32,000 nt of DNA from Propionibacterium freudenreichii subsp. freudenreichii (GTDB lineage: Bacteria > Actinomycetota > Actinomycetes > Propionibacteriales > Propionibacteriaceae), in assembly GCF_000940845.1 (NCBI RefSeq), contig NZ_CP010341.1:1260001-1292000 (forward strand), in the 5' to 3' direction. Positions 25,829-32,000 of this stretch are shown here, piece by piece. A program made the position numbers and the translations under genes. Numbering within the stretch: position 1 is the first letter of the stretch; each line of letters starts with the position of its first letter. The notes beneath the pieces were generated by a model. That model saw only the letters and a program-made list of their open reading frames with translations. It did not search any database and was not told the DNA's origin.

Positions 25829-27166
25829 ATGGTCGCGCCGAACGATGATCCGCGGTGGCGCTACGCATCGACCGCACGCTGGTTCGCCGGCAAGGGGCGC
25901 GGAGGTGTGGCACGACGCATTGAGGCCCTGGACTGGTACCGCGCCCCCGAACCGGGACACCTGGGCGTGCGCAGCGAGATCATCACGATTGCCTACCCCG
26001 ATGGCGCCCACGACTACTACCACCTGCCGATCAGCTACCGCACGGCGCCACTTTCCGACGCCCTGATCGGGCCCGCCGACGACCCCCAGCTGGGCTATGC
26101 GCATGACGCCACCAGGGACCCTGAGGCCATGGAGCTGCTCATCGCCTCACTCGGCAGGCGCGTCAACAGTGGGGACTGGTCGGCGATGCTGCCCCGGGGC
26201 GATCGCCTCACCGGTCCGATGCCGGCACGTCCGTTCACCGGCGAGCAGTCGAATTCGACGGTCTTCCTGGGCAGCACCGCGCTGGTGAAGTTCTTCCGTC
26301 ACCTCGAGGTCGGGAACAACGTCGACATCCCATTGCACGAGGCCCTGGGCCGTTACCGGGTACGTGACGTCGACGAGCTCTACGGCTGGGTCACCGCACA
26401 TTTCCGGGCGATCTCCGGGCGCGCGGTGCATGCCGACCTGCTCATGATCACCGAACAGCTCAAGACCCTTGGCGAGGGATGGCCGATGGCGGTGGAGTCC
26501 GCCACCGCCGACACCGATTTCTCGGCACATGCGGCCGGGATCGGCCGCGCGCTGGCGCATGTGCACCTGGCGCTGGTGCAGGCATTTCCGCCCGTGATGC
26601 TCAAGGGCGACGATGTGGCTGACGGCATGGTGGCCAGGCTCGACAGGGCGATAGAGGCCGTGCCGGCGCTGTCGGACTACCGGTCCATGCTGGTGGTCGG
26701 CTTCAACCGCTTGCGGGGCCATCGCCTGCCGGCCCAACGCGTGCACGGTGACTTCCATCTGGGCCAGACGCTTCTCACCCCGGGCGGTTGGCGCATCATC
26801 GACTTCGAGGGCGAGCCCCTGCGACCCCTGGCCGACAGGACGCTGCCCGACTCGGTGTGGCGCGATGTCGCCGGCATGGTGCGCTCCCTGGGCTACGCGG
26901 CGGCACAGGACGGCTCCCCCGACGCCCCCGCGCGCCAGCACTGGTTGCAACGCAGCCAGGCCGCATTCATCGCCGCCTACCTGGAGATCACCGGGGTGCA
27001 TGACCAGGTTGACCTGCTGGATGCCTATGTGGCGGACAAGGCCATCTACGAGGTGGTCTACGAGACGCGCAACAGGCCCGATTGGGTCCATATCCCGATG
27101 GCCGCCATCACGTCATGGCACGAGCACCAATTCCAAGCCCCCAGGGGAAGGACACATCATGCATGA
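25829..27166 (+). CDS. pep2: Maltokinase (maltose 1-phosphate-forming), encoded separately from TreS
   Basis: VHGDFHLGQTLLTPGGWRIIDFEGEPLRPLADR...RDVAGMVRSLGYAA is the conserved Pep2/Mak kinase core. AGGAGG lies 7 nt upstream of the ATG. Confidence 0.9.
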   Translation: MVAPNDDPRWRYASTARWFAGKGRGGVARRIEALDWYRAPEPGHLGVRSEIITIAYPDGAHDYYHLPISYRTAPLSDALIGPADDPQLGYAHDATRDPEAMELLIASLGRRVNSGDWSAMLPRGDRLTGPMPARPFTGEQSNSTVFLGSTALVKFFRHLEVGNNVDIPLHEALGRYRVRDVDELYGWVTAHFRAISGRAVHADLLMITEQLKTLGEGWPMAVESATADTDFSAHAAGIGRALAHVHLALVQAFPPVMLKGDDVADGMVARLDRAIEAVPALSDYRSMLVVGFNRLRGHRLPAQRVHGDFHLGQTLLTPGGWRIIDFEGEPLRPLADRTLPDSVWRDVAGMVRSLGYAAAQDGSPDAPARQHWLQRSQAAFIAAYLEITGVHDQVDLLDAYVADKAIYEVVYETRNRPDWVHIPMAAITSWHEHQFQAPRGRTHHA

Positions 27167-29063
27167 CAAGTTCGGGAACCTCACCGGCACGGACCTGGAG
27201 GGCTTCCACAGTGGTGGTGACACCGAGGCCTGGCGGCGATTGGGTTCCCACGTCGTCACCGTGCATGACGACGCGCGCGGTGACCTCAGCGGCACCAGGT
27301 TCGCCGTCTGGGCACCCAACGCCCAGCGGGTGCAGGTGATCGGCGACTTCAACTGGTGGCAGGGCGACGACATGGAGTTCGTGCCGGGCTCGGGCGTCTG
27401 GGGGCTGTGGAAGGAGGGCGTGGGTGCCGGCGCCCGCTACAAGTACAAGATCCAGCACCGCGACGGCAGCTGGCAGGAGAAGGCCGATCCCTTCGCCTTC
27501 AGCACCGAGGTGCCTCCGGCCAACGCGTCGGTCGTCTTCGAGCGGGAGCACGCATGGGCGCCGAGCGAGGAATCCTGGCTGGCGCATCGGGCGCAGGCCG
27601 ACCCGTACCACTCGCAGATGAGCATCTACGAGCTCCACGTGGGCAGCTGGCGCAAGGGCCTCGACTACCGTCAGCTCGCCCAGGAGCTGCCCGCCTACCT
27701 CACCTGGATGGGTTACACCCATGTGGAGCTCATGCCCATCATGGCCCACCCGCTCGAGGCGAGCTGGGGCTATCAGGTCACCGGCTACTACGCGGTGGAC
27801 CCGCGTCATGGCAGCCCGGACGACCTGCGCGTACTCATCGAGGCCCTCCACGCAGCCGGGATCGGCGTCATCCTCGACTGGGTCCCGGGACATTTCCCCA
27901 AGGACGACTGGGCCCTGGGCCGCTTCGATGGCACGGCGCTGTTCGAACATGCCGATCCCCGTCAGGGCGAGCAACTCGACTGGGGCACCTATGTGTTCAA
28001 CTTCGGGCGCAACGAGGTCAAGAGCTTCCTCATCTCGAATGCACTGTTCTGGGTGAGCGAGTTCCACATCGATGCCCTGCGGGTGGACGCCGTGGCGTCC
28101 ATGCTCTATCTCGACTACTCCAGGCCGCCGGGCGGGTGGGTGCCCAACAAGTACGGCGGCCGCGAGAATCTCGAGGCGATTGACCTGTTGCGCTACATCA
28201 ACAGGCATCTCTACCGGCGCCAGCCGGGTGTCATGATGATCGCCGAGGAGTCCACGAGCTTCCCCAAGGTGAGCGCACCGGTGGACGTGGGGGGCCTGGG
28301 CTTCGGCTTCAAATGGAACATGGGCTGGATGAACGACTCGCTGGAGTACATCAAGCTCGACCCCATCTACCGGCAGTACCACCACAACGAGATGACCTTC
28401 GCCATGGTCTATGCCTACTCGGAGAACTACATCCTGCCGATCAGCCACGACGAGGTGGTGCATGGCAAGGGATCCATGGTCAACAAGATCCCCCAGGACG
28501 ACTGGCGCAAGTTTGCGACCCTGCGCAGCTTCTACTCGTTCATGTGGGCCTTCCCGGGCAAGCAGCTCCTGTTCATGGGCCAGGAGTTCGGCCAACGCTC
28601 GGAGTGGAATGAGGCGGTGGGCCTGGAGTGGTGGGTCGACTCCCTGCAGTGGCACAAGGGCCTGCGCGACATGATGCGCGAGATCAACCATGTGCAGGCC
28701 CGGACACCGGCACTGTATGAACTGGACAGCGAGCCGGAGGGCTTCCGCTGGATCAACGACAACGACTGGATGGCCAATACCTTCAGCTGGCTGCGCTTCG
28801 ACCGTCAGGGCGGCATGGTGGCGTGCGTGGCGAACTTCTCACCGGAGCCCTACCCCGAATATGGCCTGCGCGTGCCCAGGGCCGGGCGCTGGCGCGAAAT
28901 CCTCAACACCGACGAACAACGTTGGGACGGCAGCGGCGAGGCGGCGAACGGCACCCGTATCGCACAACCCGTGGACGGCGAGGAGGGGGCCGAACTGGTC
29001 ATCTCGATCCCGCCCATGGCTGGCGTGTGGCTACGCTTCGAACCGGAGGCCACCGACTCATAG
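27159..29063 (+). CDS. glgB: 1,4-alpha-glucan branching enzyme (short-N-terminus form, 634 aa)
   Basis: FAVWAPNAQRVQVIGDFNWW (CBM48), DWVPGHF, GLRVDAVASMLY, MIAEEST and SHDEVVHGK GH13 motifs. The ATG at 27159 is preceded by GAAGGA and overlaps the pep2 stop by 8 nt. The upstream 137 codons of the track ORF lie inside pep2. Confidence 0.92.
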   Translation: MHDKFGNLTGTDLEGFHSGGDTEAWRRLGSHVVTVHDDARGDLSGTRFAVWAPNAQRVQVIGDFNWWQGDDMEFVPGSGVWGLWKEGVGAGARYKYKIQHRDGSWQEKADPFAFSTEVPPANASVVFEREHAWAPSEESWLAHRAQADPYHSQMSIYELHVGSWRKGLDYRQLAQELPAYLTWMGYTHVELMPIMAHPLEASWGYQVTGYYAVDPRHGSPDDLRVLIEALHAAGIGVILDWVPGHFPKDDWALGRFDGTALFEHADPRQGEQLDWGTYVFNFGRNEVKSFLISNALFWVSEFHIDALRVDAVASMLYLDYSRPPGGWVPNKYGGRENLEAIDLLRYINRHLYRRQPGVMMIAEESTSFPKVSAPVDVGGLGFGFKWNMGWMNDSLEYIKLDPIYRQYHHNEMTFAMVYAYSENYILPISHDEVVHGKGSMVNKIPQDDWRKFATLRSFYSFMWAFPGKQLLFMGQEFGQRSEWNEAVGLEWWVDSLQWHKGLRDMMREINHVQARTPALYELDSEPEGFRWINDNDWMANTFSWLRFDRQGGMVACVANFSPEPYPEYGLRVPRAGRWREILNTDEQRWDGSGEAANGTRIAQPVDGEEGAELVISIPPMAGVWLRFEPEATDS

Positions 29064-29098
29064 GGACGGCGGGCGAGTGCGGATGATCAGGGAGTGCC

Positions 29099-29884
29099 GT
29101 GGATGACTTCAAGGTGAATGTGGTTGTCGATGCCGGCATCGGAACCCTGCACTGGCAGGGAACCGTTGACCAGAAGACGCTCGATGAGGCAGTCAGCCTC
29201 GCTGCGGACGACGCCCTGATCGGCCACGAACTGCACCGGGTCGAGGCGAGTATCACCGCCGATGACCTGATGGCGATGCGGGCGCTGCATCGCGCCGGTT
29301 TCCGCCGCGAGGGGCGTCGTCGTCAGGCGGTACGTGCCGAGGACGGCAGTTGGCACGACGCCCTGCTGTACGCCCGACTCATTGACGACCAGGTCTACGG
29401 TGCCGGTGGGTTTACCGCGGTGATGGATACCGTCATGGCCACCCACCGGCTGATCGGCCACGTGCTCATCCGTGATGAGCACGGGCGCGTGCTGTTCGTC
29501 GAGACCACCTACAAGGAGGACTGGGAGTTGCCCGGCGGCATCGTCGAGGCGGGCGAATCCCCCCGGGTCGGCGCCGAACGCGAGCTGCGCGAGGAACTGG
29601 GTGTCGACATCCGGCTCAACCAGCCCCTGGTCGCCGATTGGATGCCGCCCTACCTGGGCTGGCGCGACGCCATGGAGTTCATCTTCGACGGAGGCCAACT
29701 GCCGTCGAGCACCATGCAACGCTTCGAACGCCCCGCCCAGGAGATCCGCAGCTACCACTGGGTGGCGCCCGAGGAAATAGCCGAACACGTCACGCCACTG
29801 TCCGCCCGCCGGCTCGCGCTGCTCGTCGCCGGCACCGCACCTGCCTATACCGAGGCGGGCAGCGCGGTCACGCCCGACGCCTAG
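29099..29884 (+). CDS. Fusion of a truncated GNAT-like (RimJ/RimL-type C-terminal half) domain to a Nudix hydrolase domain
   Basis: 261 aa. Residues about 45-95 (LHRVEASITADDLMAMRALHRAGFRREGRRRQAV..DGSWHDALLYARL) resemble the distal half of a GNAT fold. Residues about 145-167 carry a complete Nudix box, GGIVEAGESPRVGAERELREELGV. CAGGGAG lies 5 nt upstream of the GTG. Confidence 0.8.
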   Translation: MDDFKVNVVVDAGIGTLHWQGTVDQKTLDEAVSLAADDALIGHELHRVEASITADDLMAMRALHRAGFRREGRRRQAVRAEDGSWHDALLYARLIDDQVYGAGGFTAVMDTVMATHRLIGHVLIRDEHGRVLFVETTYKEDWELPGGIVEAGESPRVGAERELREELGVDIRLNQPLVADWMPPYLGWRDAMEFIFDGGQLPSSTMQRFERPAQEIRSYHWVAPEEIAEHVTPLSARRLALLVAGTAPAYTEAGSAVTPDA

Positions 29885-29928
29885 CATCGGGCGGGCCCGT
29901 GGCCCGACCCACTCCCCCCTCACATGCA

Positions 29929-29970
29929 CAAGGGCTGTGTCCCACCGGTTCTGGTGGGACACAGCCCTTG
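29929..29970. terminator. Perfect 18-bp-stem hairpin between convergent genes, a bidirectional terminator candidate
   Basis: CAAGGGCTGTGTCCCACC (29929-29946), loop GGTTCT, GGTGGGACACAGCCCTTG (29953-29970), exact reverse complements by direct reading. It lies 45 nt after the Nudix gene stop and 30 nt after the pgm stop. Confidence 0.7.
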
Positions 29971-29999
29971 TCGATGTTGGGCGGGACTCAGCGGCGGGC

Positions 30000-31631
30000 T
30001 CAGCCCTTGAGGGCGTCCGAGACCACCTCGCGGGCACCGTCCTGGAGCTCGCTGAGGTGCTGGGCACTGCGGTAGCTCTCGGCGTAGATCTTGTACTTGT
30101 CCTCGGTTCCCGAGGGACGTGCGGCGAACCATCCCCCCTCGGTGGTCACCTTGACCCCGCCGATCGGGGCGTCATTACCCGGCGCATTCGTATAGATGTG
30201 CGTGATCGGGTCGCCCGCCAGCACGGTCGCCGTCACATCCGAGGGCGACAATGCCTTGAGCCTGGCCTTCTGGGCCCGATCCGCCTCGGAATCGATGCGC
30301 GCGTAGTAGTAGGTGCCGAATCTGGCCTCGAGTTCGCGGTAGTGCTCGCTCGGCGTCTTCGCGGTCCTGGCAGTGATCTCGGAGGCCAGCAGGTCCATGA
30401 TGAGGCCGTCCTTGTCGGTCGTCCAGGTCTTGCCACCCAGCTCGAGGAAGGACGCACCGGCCGATTCCTCACCACCGAACCCGAGCTCGCCACTGATCAG
30501 CCCGGGGACGAACCACTTGAATCCGACGGGAGTCTCGTAAAGGGAGCGCCCCAACAGCCCGGCTACGTTGTCGATCATGGTGCTCGACACCAGCGTCTTG
30601 CCGACGGCAGTGTTGGACGCCCACCGGGGACGATTGCCGAACAGGTACTGGATCGCCACGGCCAGGTAATGGTTGGGGTTCATCAGTCCCCCGTCGGGTG
30701 TCACGATGCCATGCCGATCGGAATCGGCATCATTGCCGGTGGCGATGTCGTACTGGTCGCGCTTGGCCACCAGGGAGGCCATCGCATCGGGCGAGGAGCA
30801 ATCCATCCTGATCTGGCCATCGGTATCGAGCGTCATGAAATACCACGTCGGGTCAATGACCTTGTTGACCACGCTGAGGTTCGGCAGCATGTGCTCGCTG
30901 ATGTATTCCCAGTACTGTTCGGAAGCCCCGCCCAGCGGGTCTGCACCGATATGCAGTCCCGAGGCCTTGATGGCCTCGATGTCAACCACACTCCGCAGAT
31001 CCTCGCAATAGCGACTCCGGTAGTCGAAGTGCTCCACCTGGTCCTTGGCACGCTCATAGGGAATGCGCTTGATCCCCTCGAGGTTGCCGAGCAGCTCATT
31101 GGCGCGTCCGGCAATCCATCCCGTGGCATCGGTGTCGGCCGGTCCCCCGTTCGTCGGGTTGTACTTGAATCCGCCGTCCCTGGGCGGATTGTGCGATGGC
31201 GTCACGACGATGCCGTCGGCCAGATCGCGTTCGCGTCCGCGGTTGTGCAGGATCACCGCCCGCGACAACGCCGGTGTCGGGGTGTATTCGTCCTCGGCCT
31301 CTGCGAGCACGTGGACGCCAGCCGCGACGAGCACCTCGATGGCCGTCTTCCATGCCGGGAGCGACAGGCCGTGGGGGTCCTTGGCCAGGTAGAGGGGGCC
31401 GGTGGTCCCCTGTGACGCCCGGTATTCGACGATCGCCGCGGTAATGGCGGCGATATGGGCTTCGTTGAATGCCGTGTCGAATGCTGATCCGCGGTGGCCC
31501 GATGTGCCGAAGACGACCTGTTGGTCGGGGTTCGTGGGATCGGGGCGCTTGTCGTAATAGGCGGCGATGAGCGCATCGACGTCGATGAGATCGGAGGGCT
31601 GAGCCGGCTGTCCGGCGCGTGGATCTGCCAT
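30000..31631 (-). CDS. pgm: Phosphoglucomutase, alpha-D-glucose phosphate-specific
   Basis: MADPRAGQPAQPSDLIDVDALIAAYY parallels the enterobacterial Pgm N-terminus. It has the active-site TSGHRG, metal loop GNDADSDRHG and GEESAG. The ATG at 31631 gives 543 aa; the track start at 31661 is a TTG over-extension. Confidence 0.93.
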   Translation of the reverse strand: MADPRAGQPAQPSDLIDVDALIAAYYDKRPDPTNPDQQVVFGTSGHRGSAFDTAFNEAHIAAITAAIVEYRASQGTTGPLYLAKDPHGLSLPAWKTAIEVLVAAGVHVLAEAEDEYTPTPALSRAVILHNRGRERDLADGIVVTPSHNPPRDGGFKYNPTNGGPADTDATGWIAGRANELLGNLEGIKRIPYERAKDQVEHFDYRSRYCEDLRSVVDIEAIKASGLHIGADPLGGASEQYWEYISEHMLPNLSVVNKVIDPTWYFMTLDTDGQIRMDCSSPDAMASLVAKRDQYDIATGNDADSDRHGIVTPDGGLMNPNHYLAVAIQYLFGNRPRWASNTAVGKTLVSSTMIDNVAGLLGRSLYETPVGFKWFVPGLISGELGFGGEESAGASFLELGGKTWTTDKDGLIMDLLASEITARTAKTPSEHYRELEARFGTYYYARIDSEADRAQKARLKALSPSDVTATVLAGDPITHIYTNAPGNDAPIGGVKVTTEGGWFAARPSGTEDKYKIYAESYRSAQHLSELQDGAREVVSDALKG

Positions 31632-31762
31632 GTCTCCATCATGGCGCAGCCGGTGGCGCAATGGGCGTCATGGTGGTGATCGGTTCCTGTGAGCAGCCCG
31701 GGCTCCCGTGCCCCGCATCGCCCCGATCGCTCCCCGGGCCGGGGGTGGAAGAATAGGGAGAC

Positions 31763-32000
31763 ATGAGCCAACCTCTCACGCCTCGTCAACCGTCCGGTCC
31801 GCAGGGTCCCGCCCGCGGTCAGTCGTCCGCTGCCCCGCAGGGCCATGCCCCCTCGGCACATTCCGACTTCTCCCGACCCGGCGCCATCGACCTGTCCAAG
31901 ATCGCCGCCACCTCCCCCGCTGCCCCGCAGCCCGGTCAGGCCGGCGCGTCCACGGGCAGCTACGTCGTCGACGTCACGGAGGCCGAACTCAATGACGTGA
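31763..32000 (+). CDS. 5' end of a probable thioredoxin-domain/TPR co-chaperone (YbbN-like) gene; continues beyond the window
   Basis: From ATG 31763 the frame reads MSQPLTPRQPSGPQGPARGQSSAAPQGHAPSAHSDFSRPGAIDLSKIAA...GSYVVDVTEAELNDV with no stop to the window end. A low-complexity leader followed by V.DVTEA.F..V is typical of these proteins. GGGAG lies upstream. It is not in the ORF track because it has no stop. The family call is tentative. Confidence 0.45.
   Translation, partial: MSQPLTPRQPSGPQGPARGQSSAAPQGHAPSAHSDFSRPGAIDLSKIAATSPAAPQPGQAGASTGSYVVDVTEAELNDV

Noticed and set aside
26748-27158. Upstream 137-codon extension of the glgB frame (771-aa track ORF)
   Set aside because: It lies wholly within pep2 in another frame. 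The translation is Arg/Pro/Trp-rich with no branching-enzyme N-domain similarity. ATG 27159 has an SD and the usual stop/start overlap.
27108-28691. 527-aa minus-strand ORF
   Set aside because: It is antisense to glgB. This is the same high-GC artefact.
29937-31415. 492-aa plus-strand ORF (and 29087-30067 minus, 326 aa)
   Set aside because: These are antisense to pgm and to the GNAT/Nudix gene respectively. The sense-strand products carry clear catalytic motifs (TSGHRG, Nudix box), and these ORFs do not.
31708-31995. 95-aa plus-strand ORF from the track
   Set aside because: The translation is Arg/Pro-rich and implausible. The alternative frame from ATG 31763 gives a sensible low-complexity leader followed by a thioredoxin-like VVDVTEAELNDV motif, and it runs off the window.
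1-32000. Search for CRISPR arrays, tRNA/rRNA genes, toxin-antitoxin pairs and known defence-system genes
   Set aside because: No regularly spaced repeats and no cloverleaf-like or rRNA-like segments were seen. No ORF has nuclease, helicase or methylase motifs typical of defence loci. The window is dominated by housekeeping and glucan metabolism.

Overview
High-GC (roughly 65-70%) actinobacterial chromosomal DNA. The gene content and synteny look Propionibacteriales-like, but that attribution is low confidence.

Most of the window is recognisable core metabolism:
- the 3' end of a LivF-type ABC ATPase, followed by a CBS/ACT protein
- an orphan PTS EIIA(Man) gene
- an M24 Xaa-Pro dipeptidase
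- an MprF-like aminoacyl-lipid synthase translationally coupled to a membrane-anchored esterase
- a compact gatCAB operon with a divergent ACT-domain protein
- a MetE-like protein and mnmA
- a large alpha-glucan block: glgX, then glgP divergent from glgE-treS-pep2(mak)-glgB, then a degenerate GNAT/Nudix fusion and a convergent pgm
- the 5' end of a probable thioredoxin-like (YbbN-type) gene at the right edge

The only clearly accessory segment is about 3.1 kb between glgX and glgP (about 15980-19090). It holds a lipoprotein-like ORF that stops exactly at the left end of an IS3-family element (orfA/orfB, -1 frame arrangement, 14/17 terminal inverted repeats). Beyond the IS is a lower-GC remnant ORF, then an unusual signal-peptide-bearing, threonine-rich protein. 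The coding strand of that gene is so T-depleted that all six frames stay open.

No CRISPR array, tRNA or rRNA was seen, and no recognisable defence system. The most novel material I can support is the IS-split lipoprotein plus Thr-rich secreted protein pair, the truncated-GNAT/Nudix fusion at the end of the GlgE operon, and an AT-rich perfect palindrome with tandem repeats in a 470-bp intergenic region.

The many long ORFs antisense to known genes are high-GC artefacts.
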